Origin: an uncultured Verrucomicrobiae bacterium
Lineage (GTDB): Bacteria > Verrucomicrobiota > Verrucomicrobiia > Limisphaerales > Palsa-1400
Direction: 5' to 3'
Assembly: GCA_963707025.1 (NCBI GenBank)
Contig: CAVPOM010000018.1
Span: forward strand, 256,001-320,000
DNA: 64,000 nucleotides
Shown here: in pieces, positions 13,563 to 21,711 of the stretch
How the letters are laid out: every line of letters starts with the position of its first letter
Position numbering within the stretch: the stretch's first letter is position 1
Notes under the pieces: model-generated
What the model saw: only the letters and a program-made list of their open reading frames with translations
What the model was told of the DNA's origin: nothing
Database searches by the model: none
Position numbers and translations under genes: made by a program

Positions 13563-15013
13563 CACACCCGTCTCATAAGGGGAAAAGTCTGGTGCTGACC
13601 TGTTCATTTGCAAGGGTTTAATTGGTCTTCGGGGTAAAATGAGATTTTGATTTTTCCGAGTTTGGCTTTTGGGTGTGGTATGCGCCTGTTTGGGCGCGTG
13701 TGCTGTCCCATAGCTTTATTGGAAGCCGGGGAAATACGCCTGCTCGGGCCGCGCCAAGTGGCGAAAGCTGCCGCCTGCTGTCCCATAGCACGCCAGCAAA
13801 TTGAGCAGATCATATTTCTCCCAGAGCGCCGCCCGCAAAATCGTGAACAGCCGGGTGAAGCTGTGCGCCCAGTTGGAGAGGTGACTGAGGTAGCGCAACA
13901 GCACGTAGGTCAACAGCGCCGTCCACACCTGCCAGCGCACGGCGTTGGCGTTGTGGCCCAGAAAATCCGCCAACTGCAAGGTCTGCTTGATTTGTTTGAA
14001 GAAGACTTCGATCTGCCAGCGGCAGCGGTAAAGGTCGGCCACGCTGCGCGGACTCCACTCCAGGTTGTTGGTCAGGAAGGTCATTTCCCGTTCCTCTCCA
14101 TCAATCTCGACCAGCGCCACCACCCGGCGCATCAACTCCGGCGCGGGTTTGTTCTCGTTGCTCAGGACGATCACTTCGTCGCGCAAAATCTTCGGGTCTC
14201 TGGAGGCGGGCATTTTCCGCACCACCTCATAGCCCATGTTCTCCTTGGCCCGCGTCACCCAAAAGACCCCGCGCCCGTCCAAATCCCGCAAGTGGCCGAA
14301 GTCCACATAACCCTTGTCGAACAAGGCGATTTCGCCGCTCTTCAAGTCGGCGCACAGTTCCCGCGCCCGTCGGTTGTCGTGCTCGGCGGCAGTGTCCACA
14401 ATGACAAAACCGGGCAAAAGATTCTGCAGATTCAACCGCATATGGGTTTTGGCGGCGGCCTTGCGCCGGCGGTGCTTGGCCCAGTCCAGGCAGTTGGCCA
14501 CCAGTTCCATGGTCGTGCTATCAATCACATGGATGGGCATCTTGAAACGGAAGGCGGGGCCACGGCGCTGGCCCGCGGCAAAGCCGGGCGTCTGTGCTTT
14601 CAAATGCTCCAGGACCCGCCAGAAGAGTTGTTCGGCCATCTGGGCCGGACGCTCCCGGTTGGCGTGGGAGAGGCCGTTGCGGCTGGGGGCGCTGGCGCCG
14701 CGCAAAGTGGACAGCGGCCCGGAATGCAATTGCAGCGAGTCGCACAGATCGTTGAGTCCGATGCAATGGGTGAGTTGCGCGTCCAGCAAACTGACCGTGT
14801 GACTCCACGGACTGAAGGTGCGCGACTTATCCAGAGCCCCGGTCTCCCGCGCTATTTTGGAGACTTCATGCGCAGGAATGAGATTGCAAATCTGGCGCAA
14901 AACGTTAAACCGGGACCGTGTTGGTTTGATTTTTTTGTTTTTCATGCCTGCCTTGTGGCAGGTTCAAATGGTCAAGCCAACACTTTTTTCCAATTTCCTG
15001 TGGGATGGCTGTG
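13563..15013 (-). mobile_element. IS4-family insertion sequence, copy 1 (1451 bp)
   Basis: Imperfect terminal IRs CACACCCGTCTCATAAG / CACAGCCATCCCACAGG; 9-bp direct repeat AGATTTTTT at 13554-13562 and 15014-15022; two further copies in window. Confidence 0.95.
13716..14945 (-). CDS. IS4-family DDE transposase, intact 409 aa
   Basis: VIDSTT, FDKGY, YRCRWQIEVFFK (YREK-type motif). Confidence 0.95.
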   Translation of the reverse strand: MKNKKIKPTRSRFNVLRQICNLIPAHEVSKIARETGALDKSRTFSPWSHTVSLLDAQLTHCIGLNDLCDSLQLHSGPLSTLRGASAPSRNGLSHANRERPAQMAEQLFWRVLEHLKAQTPGFAAGQRRGPAFRFKMPIHVIDSTTMELVANCLDWAKHRRRKAAAKTHMRLNLQNLLPGFVIVDTAAEHDNRRARELCADLKSGEIALFDKGYVDFGHLRDLDGRGVFWVTRAKENMGYEVVRKMPASRDPKILRDEVIVLSNENKPAPELMRRVVALVEIDGEEREMTFLTNNLEWSPRSVADLYRCRWQIEVFFKQIKQTLQLADFLGHNANAVRWQVWTALLTYVLLRYLSHLSNWAHSFTRLFTILRAALWEKYDLLNLLACYGTAGGSFRHLARPEQAYFPGFQ

Positions 15014-15442
15014 AGATTTTTTCACTCCGCCGGATGAGTGGTTGCATTTCACGTTTTTGGGTGGCTTCTCCTAATTTTAAGCTGATTCGCCATTCCCTGA
15101 CGATTCCCCCTTTGCCCCAAACCAAACGCTCCACGCCAGACTAGCGAATGAGGTCAGGCCGGTCAAGGGCGGTGAATGGCTCCTTTTTTACAGAATGCTT
15201 GTTTTTGCAAGGCGTCCGGCGAGAGGGGCCAGCGGTTTGCGCCCCTCCCCAGCAGCGCTTGGCCTTGGCCTGGTTTATGCTTCATGGAAGCGTGCCAGAA
15301 TCCGGCACACCTTCCTTTGCCAACGTCTTCCGCGTTCACGTTAAGTAGAATGCCGGCGGGGGTGAAAAGTTTCAGCGGCCTTGCCGCCCAGACCGCCGCC
15401 CCAGGGGAGCGGCCCGCAAAGGAGGCATGCAATTTGAACGCT

Positions 15443-16354
15443 ATGAAAACAGGTTACCTGATAGACATGGATGGAGTCATCTACCGGGAGGAGTCCTTGG
15501 TTCCCGGAGCGGCGGACTTTGTGCAGACCTTGCTGGCGCTGGGAACCCCGTTTCTGTTCCTCACCAACAATTCCTCTCCCACCCCGGAGGATCTGGCGGT
15601 GCGCCTGAAACATCTGGGCATCCAAGGCTTGTCCGAACGGCACTTCTACACCTCGGCCCTCAACACGGCGGATTTTCTGAGTGAAACCGACCCGGGCTGC
15701 ACGGTCTTCGTCATTGGCGAGGGCGGCCTGCTGGCGGCGCTGCACCAGCGTAAAATTGCCAGCGACACCATCGCCCCGCGCTATGTCATCGTGGGCGAAG
15801 GGGCCGCCACCATGGAACGGCTGGCCAAAGCGCACGAATGCATCGAACGCGGCGCCGGCCTGCTGGCCACCAATCCCGACAACTGGTGCCCGGTCTCCAG
15901 CAAAAGCACCCGTCCGGGCGCCGGCGCCACCGCCGCTTTCCTGGAGGCCAGCACCGGACGCCGGGCCTATTATCTGGGCAAGCCCAACGGCTATATGTTT
16001 CAGCAGGCCCAACGCAAACTGGCCGGGCACGCCCTCAACCAGCCCGACCAGGTGGTGATGATCGGCGACACCATGGAGACCGACATCCGCGGCGCGTTTG
16101 AAGCCGGGTTGCAATCGTTCCTGGTCTTGAGCGGCTCGACGCAACTGGAAAACGTGGGGGACTATGTGTATCAGCCCACCCGCATTCTCCAAAGCGTGGG
16201 CGATCTGGTGGAGGAACTGAAGACCGGCAAGCCGAGCCATAATCTGGACAGCCCCACTTTTGGCAGCGCGCACCCCAACCGCTCCGGCGCGCGGCATCAA
16301 ACCGACATCCTGGCCCTTTACAAACCGCGTCCCCGGCCCGCCATGACCAAATGA
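15443..16354 (+). CDS. HAD-IIA family hydrolase (NagD-like)
   Basis: DMDGVIY, FLTNNS, GKP, IGDTMETDI motifs. Confidence 0.92.
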   Translation: MKTGYLIDMDGVIYREESLVPGAADFVQTLLALGTPFLFLTNNSSPTPEDLAVRLKHLGIQGLSERHFYTSALNTADFLSETDPGCTVFVIGEGGLLAALHQRKIASDTIAPRYVIVGEGAATMERLAKAHECIERGAGLLATNPDNWCPVSSKSTRPGAGATAAFLEASTGRRAYYLGKPNGYMFQQAQRKLAGHALNQPDQVVMIGDTMETDIRGAFEAGLQSFLVLSGSTQLENVGDYVYQPTRILQSVGDLVEELKTGKPSHNLDSPTFGSAHPNRSGARHQTDILALYKPRPRPAMTK

Positions 16355-16374
16355 ACGCCGCGCATTCCGACCCT

Positions 16375-16457
16375 TTGGAGTGCGGCGGCTTGCCGCGGCT
16401 TTGTCGCGCGCGGATCAGGCTCAACCCGCAAGCGGGACTGGGCTTCCCGCACTCCCA
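16375..16457. repeat. Degenerate REP-like palindromic element
   Basis: TTGGAGTGCGG...CCGCACTCCCAA terminal inverted arms in intergenic space. Confidence 0.6.
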
Positions 16458-16549
16458 ATCAACCGCCCTCACCCTTTCCAGAAAAAGCGGTTGAGGCAAG
16501 TGAAGAGATTTCAGTTTATCGTCCTGCCGGGTTGGGTTATGATTTTTTC

Positions 16550-17320
16550 ATGGATTCACCATTGTCCGGCAAATGGGTTTTGATCACCGGCGCTTCGAGC
16601 GGGTTCGGCGAGGCGGCGGCGCGGGCGTTTGCGGCGGCCGGCGGCCAATTGCTGCTGGGCGCGCGGCGGGTGGACCGGCTGGAAAGGATCGCGGCGGAAA
16701 TCCGCCAGCCCGGCGCCAGCCACGTCCTCGATGTGGCCAGCACGGCGAGCGTGGAGAAGTTCGTGAAATGGGCGCGCGCGAAAACCGCCCGGGTGGATGT
16801 GTTGATCAACAATGCCGGCGGCGCGCAAGGCCTGGACCCGGTGGCCTCGGGCCGGGACGAGGATTGGGAAACGATGCTGCAAAGCAACGTGCTGGGCTTG
16901 CTGCGGGTGACGCGGGCGGTGCTGCCGCTGATGGTGGACCATGCGGGAGGCTCGATTTTAAACATCGGTTCCATCGCCGGCCACACCGCTTACGAAGGCG
17001 GGGCGGTCTATTGCGCGGCCAAGGCGGGCGAACGAAAAATCACCCAGTCGCTCCGCTTGGAACTGAGCGGGACCGGCGTGCGCGTCGGTTCCCTGGATCC
17101 CGGCCTGGCGGAGACGGAGTTTTCCAGGGTGCGATTCAAAGGGGACGAGGCCAAGGCCAAAAAAGTGTATGAAGGCATCCAGCCGCTCACGGCGGAGGAC
17201 ATCGCGGAAACACTGGTCTGGATGGCGAGCCGTCCGCCGCATGTGAACATAGACGAGATGGTGATCAAGCCGACCGATCAGGCGGCCATCCACAAGGTTT
17301 TTCGCCGGACGAAGCAATAA
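16550..17320 (+). CDS. SDR oxidoreductase (YdfG-like)
   Basis: TGASSGFG, NNAG, YCAAK, PGLAETEFS. Confidence 0.92.
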   Translation: MDSPLSGKWVLITGASSGFGEAAARAFAAAGGQLLLGARRVDRLERIAAEIRQPGASHVLDVASTASVEKFVKWARAKTARVDVLINNAGGAQGLDPVASGRDEDWETMLQSNVLGLLRVTRAVLPLMVDHAGGSILNIGSIAGHTAYEGGAVYCAAKAGERKITQSLRLELSGTGVRVGSLDPGLAETEFSRVRFKGDEAKAKKVYEGIQPLTAEDIAETLVWMASRPPHVNIDEMVIKPTDQAAIHKVFRRTKQ

Positions 17321-17327
17321 GCCTGCG

Positions 17328-17397
17328 GTAGCGGCACTCTATGAGCGCCGCACTTTTTCCGCAGGGAAAAATGCGGCGGTCACAGACCGCCGCTACA
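17328..17397. repeat. GTAG-type REP doublet
   Basis: GTAGCGGCACTCTATGAGCGCCGC...GCGGCGGTCACAGACCGCCGCTAC; repeated at 17725-17787 and partly at 23878. Confidence 0.85.
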
Positions 17398-17634
17398 TTA
17401 TTTGCGGGGCTTGCTTTTGCCGGTGGTGGTCCCCACTTCCAACCGTGTTACGAGCATCATGTCCATAACATTATACGAGCCGTCCGGTTGGTAAACGATC
17501 ATCTCCCGACCCGTGGGCGCGACCGCCACGAAGTCTTCGTGCTTGACAGGAATACTCCCGCCATCTGCCACCACAATCACAAAATTGCGGAAGGGTTGGT
17601 TGTGCAACCTCTTCCGAATCTCGTCCGCTTTCAT
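17398..17634 (-). CDS. Small hypothetical protein (78 aa)
   Basis: MKADEIRKRLHNQPFRNFVI...DG...V.H.DF pattern resembles small PVC-superphylum proteins; flanked by REPs. Confidence 0.7.
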   Translation of the reverse strand: MKADEIRKRLHNQPFRNFVIVVADGGSIPVKHEDFVAVAPTGREMIVYQPDGSYNVMDMMLVTRLEVGTTTGKSKPRK

Positions 17635-17724
17635 GCTCCGAGCCTACTTCAGCCGGGCGGGAATTCAAAAGGTTTATTTCAAGCAGCCGGCTAGTTTTGG
17701 GCGGGCCGCGAAGGGCAGGACGGA

Positions 17725-17787
17725 CACTCTATGAGCGCCGCACATTCTGCCGGGGGAAAAATGCGGCGGTCACAGACCGCCGCTACA
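17725..17787. repeat. GTAG-type REP doublet, second copy
   Basis: CACTCTATGAGCGCCGCAC...ATGCGGCGGTCACAGACCGCCGCTACA near-identical to 17335-17397. Confidence 0.85.
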
Positions 17788-17800
17788 TTGAATCGGAGGC

Positions 17801-20800
17801 TTATTTCACAAGGGGGGCGTTGGGATCGCGTTCGGGGATTTCGATGACATCGCCGTCGCGCAGCCAGAGATCATTATCGTTGTTGGATGCCATGCCCAAC
17901 CCCCGGCCACCTCCACCACCCCCGCCGCCGCCGCCTCCTCCTCCGCCCCTGCGGCCTCTGCCCCCCATACCGGGGCCGAGCGGTTCAAGGCTGTAAAGCA
18001 GTTCCTTGCCATTGCGGGTGACTTTGACGCGGGACAGGTCGGAGGAAAGCAACAGGACATTGGCTTGATGCACCACCTCGTTGAGGGAAAAGGTGTAAAG
18101 AGTTCTTTCCGCGGGATGACTGGGCGCTTCACCTGCGGGAAGAACGGTCCCCGCCACGGTCACGGTACCGCCTGAAAAAAACACGGAGCCTGGCCCGGGG
18201 TTTTCTGGGATGGCGGGCAACAGGGTCAGCTTCGTGGTCTGTCCTTTGACCACAATTTGCACCTGGCGCTTCAAACAATTTGTGAGGGTTTCCCTTTCTT
18301 TGTCGGACAGCGGAGACGGAGGTTGGTTGAGGAGATGATCCGATTGGGGAATTTGCACCACATCGCCCCATGCCAAGGGCATATCCTTGGAACAGTCGCC
18401 GGAGGCGAGAATGTCCTCCAGATTAACGTTGATTTCCTCCTTGCCGCCGCCTGGCTTGAGACGATTGATGACGACATGAGCAAAGTCGGGAAAGTCCACG
18501 GGCGGGTAGCCGTTGTGACTCTTGCAGGCCTCGGCCAGGGTTTCCAGGAGGGTGTAATGATTGGCTGAATTGGTTCCCTTGTAGAAAACATCCTGGCCAA
18601 TGGAGCCGGTGCCTTTTTGGGCGATGAAAATGCGCGCCAGGCGCTGGTAATCTTCGTTGGCGCCGGCTTTGAGCAAGGCGGCTTTTATTTCTTCCTGGGA
18701 ATTGGGTGAGTATCCCATAAAGGCCAGCGGAGGCATGCCCCGCTCGTCGGGTTTGTTGGGATCGGCATGGTGGTCGAGCAGCTCCTGAACTGATTTTAGC
18801 TGGCCGCGCATGACGGCGAGGGACAACGGTGTCTTTCCCTCCCGGTCCGCCAGGTCGGGATTGGCGCCGTGGTCCAAAAGGATTTTGAGTTCTTCCGCCT
18901 GGTTGTTGTTGTTGCAATGCAACACCCAATGCAATGGCGTGAAGGAGCCTTGAAAAATGTTGTTGGCATAATCATTAAACCAGGCGTTGGGATCCGCATG
19001 GCTGGCCAGCAACAGTTCCATCTCATCGGTCCGGCCAAACTGTATGGCTAAATCCAGCGCATGGATGCCGGGAACAATAGGGCCCCAGGAGCCGCCGTCT
19101 TCCTTGCTGTGAGCTTGCGGGTCCGCGCCGTTGTCCAAGAGAATTTTTACAAGGTAGGTGGCAGCAGAACCCAAGCCCGAGGAGGAGGCGGGCCGTCCGG
19201 GATAGGCACCCAAAGGGAGTCCTCCGGGAAAGTTAGCGTTGCCGGGACCGGCGCCCATTGCATACACGTTTTGCGGGCCTTGTGAGTATCCTCCGCTGGC
19301 GTCAACGTCCGATCTGGCGACCGCAAAAAGCAAGGGCGTGATGCCGGAGTCCGAGGTGGCGTTGACGTCCGCTTTGTCGCTCAGCAGCAGTTTAACCAAC
19401 TCGACCTGGTTGTTTAGGACGGCGGAATGCAGCGGGGTAAAACCGGATTTATTGTGGTGGTTGACCTCGGCCTTGGCGACCAGAAGCAGTTTAGCGGCTT
19501 CGGTTTGGTTGTTCTGCCTGGCCATGAACAACGGCGTCTCGCCTGCGGAATCCGTATAGTTGACGTCCGCCTTGCCGGCCAGGAGCAGTTGCACCAGCTC
19601 GGTGTGGTTGTAGGAAACCGCCGGGAAGAGCGGCGTTTGGCCATCCAGGGAGGCCGCGTTGACCTCCGCGCCGTGGGCGAGGAGCAGTTCGGCCACGGCG
19701 CTGAATCCACTGCTGGCGGCGACATGCAAGGCGGTGGATCTGTCCGAGCGGCGCGCATTGACGGCGGCATTGTGGGCAATAAGGACTTCTGCCACCGTTT
19801 TGAATCCTTTGACGACGGCATTGTAGAGCGGCATCCCGGCATTGACATCGGCCCCTTTGGCCAGCAACAGTTCGATCATGGCTTTGTTGCCGTTTTTCGC
19901 GGCGAGGCTCAGGGGCGTTTCACCCCTGGAGCTGGCGCTATCAACATTGGCGCCATTGGCCAGGAGCAGTTCGGCCGCGGCGATGTTTCCGTTAAGAACC
20001 GATTGTTGCAGAGGAGTGACTCCGTTGTTCGGCGTGTTGATCAGATCGGGGCTGTTGCGAATCATTTCCCTGATCTTGCGGACTTCCTCGTCTTCGGCGG
20101 AAGTGGCGGAATTCTCCACGGCAGAGCCGCCAGCCGGCGCGTTTGCGGCCACCCCTTGCCGGGCTTGATCGAGCAGCACCCGCAGGGAATCGCCCTGATC
20201 GTGCAGCACTTGAGCTTCTTTCTGGAGGCCCCAAACGAGAGCGTCAACACGGTTGGTCACCCTGTAATTAGCCTCGGTCAAAACATTCTGTGCTGCTGAA
20301 TAAGCTGGATGGTTAGATCCGTATCCCATGTGCTGCGCCTCGCTGAATTGGGTGACGGCTTTGGCGCGATCACTCAGAAAACCCACCAGGGTGGAATCGG
20401 ACTTGACGGTGGTAAAGTATTTTTCCTCCTCCGGCTTGCTCATATTGGTGACCGCCGCCAGCTCGGCCTCGACGGGAATCAGTTTCAGCTTTAGGTCATC
20501 GTAAGCGGATTGAAGTTGCTGGAGTTTGGCGTCAGACCCGCCGGCGGCGAGGGTGGCGGCCTTGGCTCCGCCCAAATAGTCGGAGCAGAGTTTGGCCAGA
20601 TTGGTCTGGTCGGGGAACTCGCGCAGGACGCGTTCGTATTGAACGCCGGCCTCGTTGGTCTTGCCCAGTTTGCGGAAGCATTCGCCCAGGCGGAAAACGG
20701 CGGTGGCGGCAAGCTGGCGGTCCGTGTCGAAACCGTCAATGGCCGCCTGGTAGTGGCGCATGGCGGCTTGGAGGTTGTGGTTGGCTTCCTCCTCGAAGAG

Positions 20801-20899
20801 GCCCTTTTGCAGCAGGGCGGTGATGTCGTTGGTAGCGGCGAAAACAGATCCGGCGGACATAAAGAGCGCCGCGAAAATGGCAGTCATTTTTAATTTCAT
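17801..20899 (-). CDS. Secreted TPR/coiled-coil/ankyrin-repeat protein with C-terminal SLBB-like domains
   Basis: Signal peptide; many G.TPL..A...G...LL..GA.VN ankyrin units; two terminal LxxGDVxxIP motifs. Confidence 0.85.
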   Translation of the reverse strand: MKLKMTAIFAALFMSAGSVFAATNDITALLQKGLFEEEANHNLQAAMRHYQAAIDGFDTDRQLAATAVFRLGECFRKLGKTNEAGVQYERVLREFPDQTNLAKLCSDYLGGAKAATLAAGGSDAKLQQLQSAYDDLKLKLIPVEAELAAVTNMSKPEEEKYFTTVKSDSTLVGFLSDRAKAVTQFSEAQHMGYGSNHPAYSAAQNVLTEANYRVTNRVDALVWGLQKEAQVLHDQGDSLRVLLDQARQGVAANAPAGGSAVENSATSAEDEEVRKIREMIRNSPDLINTPNNGVTPLQQSVLNGNIAAAELLLANGANVDSASSRGETPLSLAAKNGNKAMIELLLAKGADVNAGMPLYNAVVKGFKTVAEVLIAHNAAVNARRSDRSTALHVAASSGFSAVAELLLAHGAEVNAASLDGQTPLFPAVSYNHTELVQLLLAGKADVNYTDSAGETPLFMARQNNQTEAAKLLLVAKAEVNHHNKSGFTPLHSAVLNNQVELVKLLLSDKADVNATSDSGITPLLFAVARSDVDASGGYSQGPQNVYAMGAGPGNANFPGGLPLGAYPGRPASSSGLGSAATYLVKILLDNGADPQAHSKEDGGSWGPIVPGIHALDLAIQFGRTDEMELLLASHADPNAWFNDYANNIFQGSFTPLHWVLHCNNNNQAEELKILLDHGANPDLADREGKTPLSLAVMRGQLKSVQELLDHHADPNKPDERGMPPLAFMGYSPNSQEEIKAALLKAGANEDYQRLARIFIAQKGTGSIGQDVFYKGTNSANHYTLLETLAEACKSHNGYPPVDFPDFAHVVINRLKPGGGKEEINVNLEDILASGDCSKDMPLAWGDVVQIPQSDHLLNQPPSPLSDKERETLTNCLKRQVQIVVKGQTTKLTLLPAIPENPGPGSVFFSGGTVTVAGTVLPAGEAPSHPAERTLYTFSLNEVVHQANVLLLSSDLSRVKVTRNGKELLYSLEPLGPGMGGRGRRGGGGGGGGGGGGGGRGLGMASNNDNDLWLRDGDVIEIPERDPNAPLVK

Positions 20900-20964
20900 G
20901 GTGTGAGGTTGCCCGGTTGGGAACGATGCGTTGTCATGGTTTTGTAAAATCGGGGGGAGAGCAG

Positions 20965-21009
20965 GATTGAGATTAAGATTAGGATTAGGATTAAGATTAA
21001 GATTAGGAT
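20965..21009. repeat. Hexamer tandem repeat (GATTRR)x7
   Basis: gattga gattaa gattag gattag gattaa gattaa gattag gat. Confidence 0.9.
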
Positions 21010-21710
21010 GCGGAGGGAGGGTCCAGGCGGTAGCCGATGCCGTGGACGGTCTTGATCCAGCGCGGCGCTTCGGGATTGGGTTCCAGGGCGGCGCGCAGGC
21101 TGGCGATGTGCGTGTCCACGGTGCGGGTGGTGGGAAAGGCGGTGTAGCCCCAGACCACGTCCAGAAAACGTTCGCGCGAAACCGGCTCGCCGGGCGTCTC
21201 CATCATCAGGCGCAACATGGCGAATTCCTTGGCGGTCAGATGGAGCGGGGTCTTTTTGCGCCAGGCCTGTTGCCGCGCGAAATCAATCTGCACGTCGCCC
21301 AGGCGGAGGGAATCCAGGACGCGCCCGCGCTTGCGGGCGCGCCGCAACAGGGCCCGCACGCGCGCCAGCAGTTCGTCGGTGCTGAACGGTTTGACCAAAT
21401 AATCATCCGCGCCGGCATCGAGACCCCGGACCCGGTCGTCAATCTGCCCTTTGGCAGTGAGCATAAGGACGGGCACCGGGTTGGCCAGACGGCGCAACTC
21501 GGCGCAGAGGGCGTAACCGTCCAGGCGCGGCATCATGATGTCGAGCAGGAGGAGGTCGGGGCGTTCCTCGATGGCGCGGCGGAGGCCGGTTTCGCCCTCG
21601 GCGGCGGTGAGGACGCGGTAGCCTTCGCTTTCGAGACAATCTTGCAGCGCGGTGCGCATGGGCAATTCATCCTCGATGACCAGAATTCTGGGATGGTTGG
21701 GCGGGTCCAT
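21003..21710 (-). CDS. OmpR/PhoB-family response regulator
   Basis: ILVIEDE, LLDIMMP, LTAK, KPF; winged-helix RTVDTHIASLR, TVHGIGYR. Confidence 0.95.
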   Translation of the reverse strand: MDPPNHPRILVIEDELPMRTALQDCLESEGYRVLTAAEGETGLRRAIEERPDLLLLDIMMPRLDGYALCAELRRLANPVPVLMLTAKGQIDDRVRGLDAGADDYLVKPFSTDELLARVRALLRRARKRGRVLDSLRLGDVQIDFARQQAWRKKTPLHLTAKEFAMLRLMMETPGEPVSRERFLDVVWGYTAFPTTRTVDTHIASLRAALEPNPEAPRWIKTVHGIGYRLDPPSAS

Positions 21711-21711
21711 T

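Noticed and set aside
17903..17950. Poly-Gly tract as phase-variable simple repeat
   Set aside because: Mixed GGA/GGC/GGG/GGT codons indicate a protein-level low-complexity linker, not a pure slippage tract.
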